Below are positions 1 through 12,673 of a DNA stretch of 64,000 nt, one piece after another. How positions within the stretch are numbered: position 1 is the first letter of the stretch; each line of letters starts with the position of its first letter. Below the pieces are notes generated by a model, which was not told the DNA's origin, searched no databases, and saw only the letters and a program-made list of their open reading frames with translations. A program made the position numbers and the translations under genes. Source of the DNA: Octopus bimaculoides (taxonomy: Eukaryota); the NCBI RefSeq assembly GCF_001194135.2, contig NC_068984.1:105998692-106062691 (forward strand), given 5' to 3'.

Positions 1-390
1 GATGGTGTGTATTTTAGAGAAATTGAAACGAATGGTGGCACGCGTAAGCCGGTAGGAGGTAGTACGGAGTATGGGTAGGATGGCTGAAGAAGAGTGGAAG
101 GTGGGGCGGAAATGGAAGCGGAAACCTTTGAGGATGAGGCGGTGGTGAAGGTAGCGACTGAGAAATGAAACGTGGCTAGAGAACCGTGTTTATTAGAAAA
201 TTAGTAGGGAAAGATTAATAGAAATTTGAAAGTAGCGGAAAGGAAGTGTGGAAAAGTGTTTCTTTAGGCGGTGGTGAAGGTGGAGGAGGAAAGATTTGTA
301 ATCGGGCATGATTGAAAAAGGAGAAAAAAAAAGGGGAAGAGAGAAAGGCAAATTAATGACATACGGAGTATAAAAATTCAAAACATTCAA
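1..390 (-). mobile_element. Degenerate Penelope-like element, ORF N-terminal region (runs off the window start)
   Basis: Minus-frame TRFSSHVSFLSRYLHHRLILKGFRFHFRP resembles the H-x-x-FL-x-x-C...IPKGF N-terminal motif of PLE ORFs; upstream stop codons are present. Confidence 0.45.
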
Positions 391-519
391 AAGGCGTGAG
401 GAGAAAAAAATTCAAAAGGCAGGAGCAGAAGAAAAATAAAAAAAGAAGAGAAAGAAGAAAAAAGAAACGGAGAGAAAAAGAGAAGAAAAGAAGAGAAGAC
501 GAAAAGGAAAAGAAAGGGA

Positions 520-522
<3 letters not shown>

Positions 523-557
<35 letters not shown>
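523..557. repeat. (GA)n microsatellite within a purine-rich tract
   Basis: Read directly from sequence. Confidence 0.95.
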
Positions 558-559
<2 letters not shown>

Positions 560-2206
560 CAAAGTAACAATGTACGGATTAAGAGAAAACAGTAAGAAAA
601 ACAGAAAGTTCGCACGCACGCGTGTGTACGATGTCCATCTTTTATATATTTCACTAGAGTTTCTTCAGAATCATTCACCTATTCAAACAAAATGTATAAC
701 TAAGTAAAGAATATGTTATTTCATATGAAAATATGAGATGGAACGAGACGTAATTCTTATTTCGGAAGCAATGAGAAATATAAGTGATATGCAGTTTCTG
801 AATGAATATGATTTAAATTGGTAGGGAAAACTAGTGAAACGTCTTGCCAACTATCAGAAAGAAAGAGTGAAGGTTTAGAATCTAAAGGGAGGTGGGAGAC
901 AAGAAAGTGAGAATTTACTGAAGAAAACAACGAAGTCATGATTGACGTAGTTTACAAGGCCTATATACACGTATGCGCGCGCACACACACATACACACGC
1001 AAATGCGCACGCATTATATATTTATATACATATATATATATATATGCGTGTGTAGTGTACTCTTGTATTTGTGAATATATATGCACATATAATATAATAT
1101 AATATAATATAACACAACATATATATATATATATAGATAGATATATATGTGTAGTGAAACCTCTCTCTCTCACTCGGGCATTCAATCATAAATGATAACG
1201 AAGCGGCTAACATCTAGCCTTCGGCTGCCTTGGACCCTTGTGTCCACCACCCTGATTGGTTCTCATTTGTGCGGCAATTGTCACCAGTTCTCCTTCGCGC
1301 CAGGGTGCATACCGTCCAATCATGGCCTTCTAATAAGGTCACGTGAGAGAGCGATTTCTGCCTATTTTCTGAAGCTCTTGTTTATCTACAAATAAGCCCG
1401 CTCCAACTACGCCAGTCGTCGCGATTTCAGTCCTCTCACAGGTCTGGTCGCTAACCACCTACAGAACACAGCTCCAGCCAGTTTCCAGCGACGACGTCAT
1501 CACCACTAAAGTACTGTCTACCACAATGTGGTCGCCAGCAACACCACCACCAGAGTACACACCATCAACAAATGCGGTTTCATCTCGACACTGTTTGAGT
1601 GGATTATTTCCACCACGAAGTCAACTGTCAGAACCAACCTGCGAGAATATTCTGTACCAGGTAACCGGTCGCAGCATAGACGCTCAACACACACACCATG
1701 TGACACCGCAGCTCTGCTCTCTTGGCCACAACTTCCTGCGTATGAACATTCTATCTCCTTATGTAACTCTTATACGAACTGGTATTTCTCTATCTCTGTG
1801 TTTAGGACTTTTATAGTCTATGTTATAGACGCACTTTCTATGTTCTGTATTCCTTTCTCTCTCACACACACACATTGTACACACACTCTTGCTTATACGA
1901 CTGTCCGCCATTTCATATTGTTGTATACATACTCTTGTACACTTATGTATTGTGTTATTTATATATGCCGCATGCACGCACACACAAGCAATACAGTTTC
2001 ACTATGTTAATAAACTTACTCTCTTTATATATCTCACGGTTGTGTCTGTCACTCTCTTGTTCCTTTACTGGCATTTGGCTCGCATCTCTCACTGCGAGTC
2101 CATTTCATGTCATATGTCATCTTTTTGTGTTCGACCGTGCGACGTGCTAAAAGGAGCCTTTTTCTGTCTCGTCGCCATTCTCCTTTGGTTTGCACGGTCG
2201 TTATAT

Positions 2207-2238
<32 letters not shown>

Positions 2239-3346
2239 NNNNNNNNNNNNNNNNNNNNNNNNNNNNNNNNNNNNNNNNNNNNNNNNNNNNNNNNNNNNNN
2301 NNNNNNNNNNNNNNNNNNNNNNNNNNNNNNNNNNNNNNNNNNNNNNNNNNNNNNNNNNNNNNNNNNNNNNNNNNNNNNNNNNNNNNNNNNNNNNNNNNNN
2401 NNNNNNNNNNNNNNNNNNNNNNNNNNNNNNNNNNNNNNNNNNNNNNNNNNNNNNNNNNNNNNNNNNNNNNNNNNNNNNNNNNNNNNNNNNNNNNNNNNNN
2501 NNNNNNNNNNNNNNNNNNNNNNNNNNNNNNNNNNNNNNNNNNNNNNNNNNNNNNNNNNNNNNNNNNNNNNNNNNNNNNNNNNNNNNNNNNNNNNNNNNNN
2601 NNNNNNNNNNNNNNNNNNNNNNNNNNNNNNNNNNNNNNNNNNNNNNNNNNNNNNNNNNNNNNNNNNNNNNNNNNNNNNNNNNNNNNNNNNNNNNNNNNNN
2701 NNNNNNNNNNNNNNNNNNNNNNNNNNNNNNNNNNNNNNNNNNNNNNNNNNNNNNNNNNNNNNNNNNNNNNNNNNNNNNNNNNNNNNNNNNNNNNNNNNNN
2801 NNNNNNNNNNNNNNNNNNNNNNNNNNNNNNNNNNNNNNNNNNNNNNNNNNNNNNNNNNNNNNNNNNNNNNNNNNNNNNNNNNNNNNNNNNNNNNNNNNNN
2901 NNNNNNNNNNNNNNNNNNNNNNNNNNNNNNNNNNNNNNNNNNNNNNNNNNNNNNNNNNNNNNNNNNNNNNNNNNNNNNNNNNNNNNNNNNNNNNNNNNNN
3001 NNNNNNNNNNNNNNNNNNNNNNNNNNNNNNNNNNNNNNNNNNNNNNNNNNNNNNNNNNNNNNNNNNNNNNNNNNNNNNNNNNNNNNNNNNNNNNNNNNNN
3101 NNNNNNNNNNNNNNNNNNNNNNNNNNNNNNNNNNNNNNNNNNNNNNNNNNNNNNNNNNNNNNNNNNNNNNNNNNNNNNNNNNNNNNNNNNNNNNNNNNNN
3201 NNNNNNNNNNNNNTATATATATATATATATATATATCTAAGGCCATCCCGATAAGGTAGCTATTCACCCCTGATTAGAACTCTCCCGTTTGTAACTTGCT
3301 TCTACTTCCGCAGACTACTGACTCACAGGCTGTGTGACCTGTTAAT

Positions 3347-3595
3347 ATGATGTCTCCGAAGAAATCGCGCAAATACTGTTGTATATGCAGCAATTATAGA
3401 GGGAAGAATGTAGACGGTAAAGTTATTTCACTTCATAGATACCCTGCAAACGTCGCTATCCGTCGTATTTGGCTTCAGAGATCGAGACTTGTGAGGAAAG
3501 ACTTTGTTTACACTACAAATAGCCAGATTTGTTCTCAGCATTTCGTCAATTCTAACGGACCATCGACAGATCACCCCTTGCCATCCGTTTATTAG
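3347..3595 (+). CDS. THAP-type C2CH zinc-finger ORF (transposase N-terminus, truncated)
   Basis: CCICSN...LHRYP...W...ICSQHF...PSV is the THAP signature (C,C,W,C,H,F,P). A stop follows the domain and no DDE region is present. Confidence 0.75.
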   Translation: MMSPKKSRKYCCICSNYRGKNVDGKVISLHRYPANVAIRRIWLQRSRLVRKDFVYTTNSQICSQHFVNSNGPSTDHPLPSVY

Positions 3596-3776
3596 ATAAA
3601 CTTCAGAGATATGTGTATGTGACTGTGCATTTGTATTTGATAAATATGATAGGGATAAAATAAAATATTCAAAATTAAGTCTCATTCATTTATTATTTAT
3701 TGTTTTAATTATACACTTATTTACTTACATCCATAAAAAATACACTTTATTATACAAGGGAAAAAAGTCAAAATAA

Positions 3777-4322
3777 TTAAACAGACTCTTTCCCTGCAGT
3801 GCAGTTGCAATCAGCTAAATGCACATTACCAGTGACCTTTGACATTCTGTGATCAAGAGTGTTCTTTTTGTTAGATGTTCGTATTGATGGGATTACCAGA
3901 CTCCGGACAATGCAGTGAGAGTAGTTTTTGATAACATCGTGATATTCAATGTTGTGGATGTGTCTGTCATGGTAAAATATGCCACTCCTTAACTGTCGCT
4001 TTAACTTCATCCGTACCACGAGGTAGTTATAAACGTCATTTTCTGTAAAATTCGGCAAATTATGAAGATCATTAGTCCAATCTGATTTCAGCACATTAGG
4101 ATCAGGTAAAACTTCACCAAGAGGAGATACAAGTTTCTGCTTATTCCGGTCTGAAGTACACTTCTCGTCTGTTGATTTTAATTCATTGACGTTCTTTATC
4201 GAAAGAATTTTAATACCTTTTAACCTTTCAACCAAATCCACCTCTTTTCCAGTAACATACTGACCATGTAATCGCAAATAATTCTTTAACTCGAGCTGCT
4301 TAATATTCATATGACATGACAC
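3777..4322 (-). CDS. SAP domain + LPDP..W..LP...DVYNYLV + start of SWIM finger (N-terminal half of a YqaJ-type accessory protein)
   Basis: ELKNYLRLHGQYVTGKEVDLVERL is SAP-like. The terminal CNCTAG is the SWIM CxCxAG motif, cut off at a probable decayed splice donor. Confidence 0.65.
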   Translation of the reverse strand: MSCHMNIKQLELKNYLRLHGQYVTGKEVDLVERLKGIKILSIKNVNELKSTDEKCTSDRNKQKLVSPLGEVLPDPNVLKSDWTNDLHNLPNFTENDVYNYLVVRMKLKRQLRSGIFYHDRHIHNIEYHDVIKNYSHCIVRSLVIPSIRTSNKKNTLDHRMSKVTGNVHLADCNCTAGKESV

Positions 4323-4920
4323 ACAACAACAATGGCGTGGGTAGCCTGCAGAAGTAGAATTGTCTGTATGGAGAGCCGCCTAGCCAAGGGAGATAATCTA
4401 CTTATCGGACCTCAAAATTTATTTCCTCTTATTTTACAAATTTATACAGAATATGTTTATGGTCTTAAGGATCTACACGTGTTTCCACTGCAAGATTACA
4501 GGCAATTGCAGATACAACCTGGCATAATTTTCAGTACAGCTACTTCAGGGTCTTTCCATTTGGTTAGTTTCGAAGTGAATGAGTGGAGTTAGTTGTTTTT
4601 TAGTTATGGTTCAAGGGGAGGGGTAGTGTTTTGAAAAGGAAATCTGATCCGTTTGTAGGCTTGCGCAGTTGATCCCAGATTCACACCAGTGACTGTCCGA
4701 AGTTAGGATTTGATAAAATTGAATCATAGACGCATACATAGATTCCATCTACGTACATTGTTCTGTGAACCCCTATAGAAAATTCCCTTACAAAATAGCT
4801 GACACATCCAATTACTAAGGTTTTAATAGTGGGCATTGAATCTTTGACCTTTATATTGTCAAAGCAAAGGATTAAACCCAACGAAACCAAAAATAACTAA
4901 AACTACTGACATATCCACTA

Positions 4921-5477
4921 ACTATGAGTCGCGACCCACTGATGGGTCGCGAACAGAATCCTAGTGGGTCGCAAAAAATTATAAAATTACGCATTAGCTT
5001 TGATTAACTGCCGTCTGTCGAGATAGTTCAAGACTCATGTTTTCAATACCAGACTGGTTGTTTTATCAAGCAGTAGGCTTTTTTCACGAACTTAACAAAT
5101 AACAAATCAGAGGTGGTCATTTTCTCAAGTTATTTATTCGTACGTAATCGTAAAAAAGAAAAGTCTATTTTTACCTATTTATAGAGAACTTTAACAAGGC
5201 GCAGTACAACACTGATCGAGCCGATAACAGTTACTGCTTCGAGGTTTTGTATTAGAGTTAATACCTGCCCATAGGGTATGGAGACGTTGAAACAGTTATA
5301 AAACGTTTTGTTTCACATTTAATATAAATGAGGTCTTCTCACAGGCCTCAATGAAAATGTAATCTGAAATAAATTTGTTTCTTTCATTAAAGTTTTTACC
5401 CAGTAGAGTTAAATGGGTCGCCATAAACTGGTGTCATAAATAGTGGGTCGCGTCTCTAAAAAGTTTGGGAACCACTG
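4921..5477. mobile_element. hAT (Charlie-like) non-autonomous element/MITE, left end eroded
   Basis: Right end GTTTGGGAACCACTG (5463-5477) is the reverse complement of CAGTGGTTCCCAAAC. Repeated subterminal GGGTCGC/GCGACCC motifs occur at both ends. Confidence 0.7.
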
Positions 5478-6220
5478 CACTACATACCTAACAAAAGGGC
5501 AACGCACCTAGATATACACACTCGCTTGCAAAGTTTTACATATAAATATAAATTCTAAGCAATAACATACCCTCAAATTTAATCTATAAAAAGTTTTCCA
5601 AACATTTCTCCATAACAAGCCACTCTAAAACATAACGAAAATTTTAACTCAACAGAGACTACATAAAGCAAAGATTAACTTCAAAACATTGCAGTCCGTC
5701 GATGGCTTAACTGTCCGAAACTTCGAAGTCATTGTCAATAATATTTAATATTCTTGTTTAAGAATAGTGTGCGTGTGTGTATACACACACGCACACACAC
5801 ACACATGCATATATGTACATACATACACACACACATGTATATATGTGTTTGTGCGTGTGAATATGTGTGTGTACTTGTATGTATGTATGTATGTATGTAT
5901 ACAAGCAACCACATGCTATTTGGCAATTTGGAAGTGAATATTCTGGTTGTAACATGGATTTTAAAATGCAAAATAATTTCGCATCCCTTTTCCTTTAGGT
6001 GAGTTGGTTAAATGGAGAAATGGAGAAACATCTCGGCAGTGACTTGTACTTTAATATATTTTTGCATGTAAATGATGGTGTAAACAACAAAATACATTTA
6101 AAGTGAGAAACTTTCCTATTTATTGGTGTTTAGCCAGAGGTTGTCTCTGATTCAGTAGATCTAAATATAATGAAAGCCTCCAGCAACGATTACCCGTCTT
6201 TTCGTTTGTATGTGTGTATA

Positions 6221-6262
<42 letters not shown>

Positions 6263-6660
6263 NNNNNNNNNNNNNNNNNNNNNNNNNNNNNNNNNNNNNN
6301 NNNNNNNNNNNNNNNNNNNNNNNNNNNNNNNNNNNNNNNNNNNNNNNNNNNNNNNNNNNNNNNNNNNNNNNNNNNNNNNNNNNNNNNNNNNNNNNNNNNN
6401 NNNNNNNNNNNNNNNNNNNNNNNNNNNNNNNNNNNNNNNNNNNNNNNNNNNNNNNNNNNNNNNNNNNNNNNNNNNNNNNNNNNNNNNNNNNNNNNNNNNN
6501 NNNNNNNNNNNNNNNNNNNNNNNNNNNNNNNNNNNNNNNNNNNNNNNNNNNNNNNNNNNNNNNNNNNNNNNNNNNNNNNNNNNNNNNNNNGTGCATGTTT
6601 GTGAATGCATATCTCTCTCTGTCTCTCTCCACCATCTCTCTTTCTCTGTCTGTCTGTCTG

Positions 6661-6715
<55 letters not shown>

Positions 6716-7063
6716 CGCTACCTTGCTAGCTGTCTGTCTATATGTTTCTCTATCCCAATATTTTGTTTTTGTCGTGATATAATAAAAAAACTTTTTACAT
6801 AAAAACTAAAAGATTACTCAATACTTTTCCTACAGTATATATTTATTATAGGATGCAATTTCGAAGTCTCTATCAACACTATCCTTGTAAAAGAAAAATA
6901 TATGTGCGTGCGTGCGCGCGCGCATATTAATAGATTTGTATGTGAATGTATATGTATATGTGGTTATAAGACTAACATGAATGCAACAGAATACGTCTCA
7001 ACATGTCGAAGCAAAGAATAAACTCATTGAATGTGTTCATTGGATAATAATAAACAATTATAG

Positions 7064-7275
7064 GGCGGCGAGCTGGCAGAAACGTTAGCATGCCGGGCGA
7101 AATGCTAAGCAATATTTCGTTTGTCTTTACGTTCTGAGTTCAAATTCTGCCGAGGTCGACTTTGCCTTTCATCCTTTCGGGGTCGATAAATTAAGTGCCA
7201 GTACTGGGGTCGATGTAATCGACTGGCCCTCTCCCCCAAAATTTCAGTCTTTGTGCCTAGAGTAGAAAAGAATAA
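7064..7275 (+). mobile_element. tRNA-derived SINE (intact-looking head)
   Basis: A-box-like TGGCAGAAACGTTAG and B-box GTTCAAATTC. The body motif tactggggtcgat is shared with other SINE copies in the window. Confidence 0.8.
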
Positions 7276-8062
7276 TAAATATCTATAGATTAAGCCACTC
7301 TACGACGTGAAAAGGAAGGTAGTATATTCTCATACGTTTAATGCTATCACACATTTCCTACTAAAGCAAACGTTTGTTTCTACAATCATTGACTTCGGGG
7401 TTCAAAAAGTCATTGGTTGCTGTGACCGGTGATTGTTGGGTAAATTGTAGCCAATCAAGTAGTTTTGTATTTCTAACAGCTTGGAAGGACAAACATACCG
7501 AAGCGAATGGACAATAACTTCTTTGGTGCTGCTAATACTTTAAAAAAAGTGTCCGACATATATATTATTTAATAACAGTTTGACTCAGCTCTATAGGCTC
7601 GTAGAACGAACCTGTCTCTTCAAGCATATTAAGAGAGTGACGGATTATGAGACTAATTCAAAATGGCTGTTAGATATTGCATCTTTATTCTTTGACCTAC
7701 GTGCTCGAGCAGGATGTTGATAGGTATCAGTCTCCGCTATGTCTGGAAGCTTCTGTATGATTTATTTAACCTTGTGACATTGTGCCCCTCTTAGATTCTA
7801 AAAGAGGATTTGTGATTATTCAGCCCTTAAAGAAACCATCCTTTACCCCAATGTGTTTCTGTTTTTGTTCTCATCTGTTGTTCGACACGCCACTTTTACT
7901 TTGTAGATTACAGACACTGTTTCTTTGAATGGGTACTCACAATTAATTGTATATGAACGTCTTGCTTCTGTACAGAACTTTAGGGTGTTCAATAAATTTA
8001 TTTAATTCTACACGCACTGAGACAACCCAGCTTATACATATACTTTCATTATAAAAGAGGCT

Positions 8063-8170
8063 AGTTGTGAGAGGGTTCCCTCATGGTCGTAGGATTGTAG
8101 TTTCAATTCCTGGACCAGATGATACGTTGTGCTCTTTAGCAAAACACTTAACTTCCCATCGCTCCACTCT
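8063..8170 (+). mobile_element. tRNA-derived SINE 5' part (same family as 60945-61180)
   Basis: ggattgtagtttcaattcctggacc...gttgtgctctttagcaaaacactt head/core matches the reverse complement of 61060-61180. Confidence 0.55.
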
Positions 8171-9918
8171 TGTCGGCCGGCGAAAATTCTTGCGACGGAT
8201 AGGCGTCCAGTCCAGTATACGGCTCAGAATCCGGGAAACCGGCCTTATAAGCCATAGGCACGGGAAGGATCTTTGTTCATTGTTTCGATAAAAGAAGTTA
8301 TGCACTTTCTGTCAGTATGTCTGAGGGGTCGTAAATATTGCCGAGTGCAATAATCATTGGTAAAACGTTGATAACCTTCTGACCATCTCTATACCATAAC
8401 CAATAATATACAGTTCGACAATATAAAAACATAACCACTCTATTTCTCCTTAAAACCTGCTGTTTCCTGCCTTATGGGCAACTAACTGATTATACTCGTA
8501 TATATATATATATATATNNNNNNNNNNNNNNNNNNNNNNNNNNNNNNNNNNNNNNNNNNNNNNNNNNNNNNNNNNNNNNNNNNNNNNNNNNNTATATATA
8601 TGTTGTGGATCTTGCAGGCATGATGCAAATTCGATCCTAGATAGCCAAATTTAAATTAACACCCCAATAGCACTTTTCTCACGTAAAACAATAGTTTTTC
8701 TGTGACAGCAGTTTACATTTGCCAGATGCCTTAGCTAAGCAAATAATATCTTCGCCACTTGACTCTTCTAACCTCTTCCATTTCACCAAAAGCTAGAATT
8801 AAGATAACAAGTACCACTAACGAAATCCATTGTTCTCAACGATGTGTCTATCCTTCTGGATAGTTATAAAAACAAGAACACCCAAGCAAAAGTTGGTGAC
8901 AACCGAATTAGTGAGAACCCGAGTTAGGGAGAGCGACCATCAGTTAGTGAACGGACAACTAGTTAGGGCCACAAGCAGGCAGCTACTATAGACAAATGGT
9001 CAAGGGAGAAAGAAGTTTACAATCAGCAACTATGAGACCCAACTTCCCTCGACTCCTCAACTTTCACTAGCTCAATTTCTTTTCTCTTACAACATCATTC
9101 TATCTCTATCTGTAATTACTACTACACAATGACAAGAACACAAACACAAACTATACAAGGAAAATCTACATCTATCTTTTCTTCGCATGCTTTACGATTT
9201 TATTACCTGCCCGTCGAGGCAAGGTATGTTATAATGTAACGGCGAAATAAATATTTTCTTTACAATCTCAGTCACTGTTCTTTCATCTTTACATAATGGC
9301 AATCAACGAAGAACCAATCTTTACAAACTGATTACAACTCCTATGTTCCATACTACTGTTTACAAATTAATTTCAACCGTTACAAAAATAAACTTCTACC
9401 GTTACAAATTGGTGATCCCGACGTTGCACCATAACAGGCATCAATTACAAATTGATGGCCCTACCGATACATATATATACATATATATGCCTGTGTTCTT
9501 TTCTCATGGATTCCCCTCCTTGATTTATCTCTTATACAGCATAGCGAATACTTATTTCTTAATTAATCTTATTGCACTTATTTCATTCAATTTAACCGAA
9601 GTAAATTTAAAATTATTTAGAACTGATTACAGAGGTAGGCTATAATTTATTATATACATCTATTAGAAACGAACTCCAGTCCTGTTCTTTTATAATTTAG
9701 TTACCATCAAATATCTTCTCTGTAATAACTTTTCTCTATACTACCCTTCCATTTCTGTCGTTTTGTGATTATAGTAGTGAAAATATAGAAGTACATTCTT
9801 TTTCTTTATATTCATTGCACTAGTATACTTTTAAACTTGATGACAACTTGTGCCACAGAGGTCAATGACATTGACAAGTTTATACTAAATCAAAGAAAGT
9901 AATCCGATATATCAGAAT

Positions 9919-10612
9919 CAGTGGCGGCTCAAAGATAAAACTAGTTGGGGTGCTGCTTCATAAAAATTTTTTAGCCGTTGTTTTAATATTGTATAAAAGG
10001 AAACAAACATATTTGTACATAAACTTGATCCGTTCGCTTTTTAGCAACTGCCGGGTGGTATTTTTAATTTGTTCACTGAGCGCCACCGCGAATTCCCCTT
10101 TGTTTTTAAAAATTCCCCCTAAATCACAAAATAAGGGGGTGAAATCTACCCTATTTTTCATATCCTGGCAGCAATACTGTAGCTGGAAGCAGGCAGATAA
10201 TCAAATTCTACACTTTATCACATTGAAGAATATAAACACGTTTTTAAGCACAACACATGCGGAGTCAAAAAGAAACACTACCTTTCACCAGCACACCAGT
10301 GTCGGCATTGCGTGAACCACAGTGCTCTCTCTCCCTAGCGTGCAGCTTCCTATCTCGGGCATGTGAGCATGCGCACAACAGCTAAACACCGCGTCGCTGG
10401 AACTGTGAAGTGCACAAGTCTATACAAGGATTTTTGCATTTTTTTCATAAACCAGGGGATGGTTACTGACATTAAGCTTAAGATTATATAATGACCAACT
10501 ATAAAGAAAGAATTAACGAAAAAAGGACTCATTATATTGAATGTTATTGATAACATCGAATAGAAATAGGGGGTGCTGCAGTTCCGCAGTGCCTATACAC
10601 GAGCCGCCACTG
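9919..10612. mobile_element. Non-autonomous DNA transposon (hAT-like MITE) with perfect 12-bp TIRs
   Basis: CAGTGGCGGCTC (9919-9930) and GAGCCGCCACTG (10601-10612); GGGTGCTGC subterminal motifs. The flanking 8-mers atcagaat/gccggaat are only a degenerate TSD (5/8). Confidence 0.72.
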
Positions 10613-11239
10613 GCCGGAATCTACAATCTTTATCTCTTGATTTATCTTGATAGGGGGGAATATTAGATATCTGTAACTGTATATCATGCAGCTCTACCAT
10701 GCTATATGTTTGTTGGAAACTCTAAAAAAAACTACCATAATGACTTTCAGCTCTGATGAGAATAGTGGAGGACAAATTATTTAATTGATTAATTATTGTA
10801 AGGGTTCGAATTTATGTATACAAATCAACGTGTCTAGTGATGAATTAGCTCATCTAGGTATTCGCAACGATCGAATAACGTTATGTAACAACATCATCAT
10901 TTTTTACGTCTGATTGCTATCATACCCCGTGATAAATTCACCAACTAATTGATTGGTAAATCTCCTAGGATTTACAGCATTTATGGAATGATCTGTGTAT
11001 TTAACCTAAATGGATACTCATTTTCCTTACTTGACATTCTGGGTGTCTTTTATCCCTACTTTCTATCGCTACGTCGACACCTGACGCTTGGTACACCGTG
11101 CATCTGCTCAGACGACATCGATTTGAGGGCGAGTGTGAGCTACAGTACGGAACGAACATTTGATCACTATAAACAAATCATTTGTGCAGTTCATTTGGCA
11201 AAAAGCTGAACGCTCATACGTCGTCTTCGACGGGAGAGT

Positions 11240-11283
<44 letters not shown>

Positions 11284-11294
11284 NNNNNNNNNNT

Positions 11295-11490
11295 AAATGA
11301 GTATATGCATATATACGTACATGTATATACATACCTACATCTACATGTATATAGAGATGCATATCTGGGTACAGGACGTTGCAAAAAAACGTGGACAAAA
11401 TGATAAACAGAGTACAGAAAACACACAGGCCACATAGAGAACATTTCCTTCATCAGCTGCCACCATTCTAAAACTAAGCGTTTCGAAGAG
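11295..11490 (-). repeat. Dispersed ~190-bp repeat family (copies also at 27165-27350 on - and 56431-56610 on +)
   Basis: Near-identical reverse complement of 56431-56610; both give SSKRLVLEWWQLMK.MFSMWPVCFLYSVYHFVHVFLQRPVPRYAS in the ORF track. Confidence 0.85.
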
Positions 11491-12607
11491 TATGTATATG
11501 TGTGTGTGTTTGTGTGTGTGCGCGTATGTGTGCGTATGTGAATATATATGTATATATACGCCAATCTGTCTATCTGTCTATCTGTCTATCTGTCTGTCTA
11601 TCTGTCTGTCTGTCTGTCTGTCTGTCTGTATGCATGTATATTTGTATATATGTATGTGTGTATGTATATAAGTGTGTGTGTGTATGTGTGTGCGTGTGCG
11701 TGTGTGTGGTTTAGATAGAAACAGAGATGTTATATGTATGAAGAGTTAACTGATATTTTTTTTTAAATATGAAAATGTTAACTAAGGTGAATATAGGTCT
11801 CAAACAAATACACATCCATCTGTTGCAGGACAGAAACTTAACCTTTCCATTTATTTATAGAATAATAATTTCTATAAATATTATTAAAAGACTTCTCAGA
11901 ATAGATGAATATGGAATCCTATTGGGTATTGAGAACCTATTCTATTGAAAAATAAAACTCCTTTAACAGAACTCATAAAAATCAATAATTCTTTTACTAT
12001 AATTCTTATTTAGTTTTTGAGTCATATTTAAAAGCTAAGAAAAATTGAAGTCGAGTAGAAAAGCAGTCGTGATGATCGAAAAAATCTTTCATTTCATGCT
12101 ATTTGATAACATTTCCGAATGAAACTAGTTTTAGCTGATTTTATTATCTTTAGAAAATCATAAGCAACCGGAATCTTCATGCTGCCATCAGTCTGGAAGC
12201 AATATTGACATGAAGCCGGATACATCCTTTAATCCCAATGGAAGTAAGAAAAGGAAAGAAAATATGATTGGCAGAGGAATTAAATTTATGAATTTTAGTA
12301 GGTAAAAAAAGTATGTGTGCTCAGAACTGATTTAATTTTTTTTTTTTTGCAGCAATTTCTGCTAGCAGGAAGTAAGGCAGCAGAAACAGTAGAATATCAG
12401 AAAAAAAAATGCATTGCTACAAAAGACATCACCATGGTCAGAAAAAAACCAAACGATCTTCCAAATGGTTTATTGTGTTACCTATGTATAAATTGACAAA
12501 GGGCAATGGAGAATAGATCTATGGGTTGCACTCCTACTCAACAGTCACATAGAAGTACGGGTCGACGAGAGAATTTTGAAAATAATATGACATGTATATA
12601 TTCATAT

Positions 12608-12608
<1 letters not shown>

Positions 12609-12673
<65 letters not shown>
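12609..12673. repeat. (CA)n microsatellite abutting an N-gap
   Basis: Read directly from sequence. Confidence 0.95.

Larger units (their letters stand above)
3241..4411. mobile_element. Internally deleted ISL2EU/PHIS-type DNA transposon (THAP ORF on +, SAP-SWIM ORF on -, convergent)
   Basis: Imperfect terminal inverted repeats: ggccatcccgataaggtagctattcaccc (3241-3269) versus gggagataatctacttatcggacc (4388-4411). Two convergent ORFs start just inside each end. Confidence 0.65.

Noticed and set aside
353-707. Lys/Arg/Glu-rich and Phe/Leu/Ser-rich ORFs, and the many YIYI/CVCV/THTH ORFs throughout
   Set aside because: Translations of purine tracts and dinucleotide repeats, with no coding signal.
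1470-1510. GTGATGA...GGAAAC on the minus strand as a hammerhead ribozyme
   Set aside because: C3 is substituted and stems II and III cannot be formed.
1889-3267. Long ORFs (350-456 aa) here and at other gaps (6120-6782, 12506-13407, 18412-19326, 34534-35244, 50011-50667, 60221-61041)
   Set aside because: They are open only because they run through N-gaps, and the flanks are microsatellite translations.
3347-3595. THAP ORF as a host THAP transcription-factor gene
   Set aside because: It lies immediately inside a TIR, faces a SAP-SWIM ORF and lacks a downstream coiled-coil exon, so transposon origin is the simpler explanation.
7064-7150. tRNA gene (also 13290-13360 and 61100-61180)
   Set aside because: A/B boxes continue into SINE bodies found in multiple copies, and no complete cloverleaf is evident.
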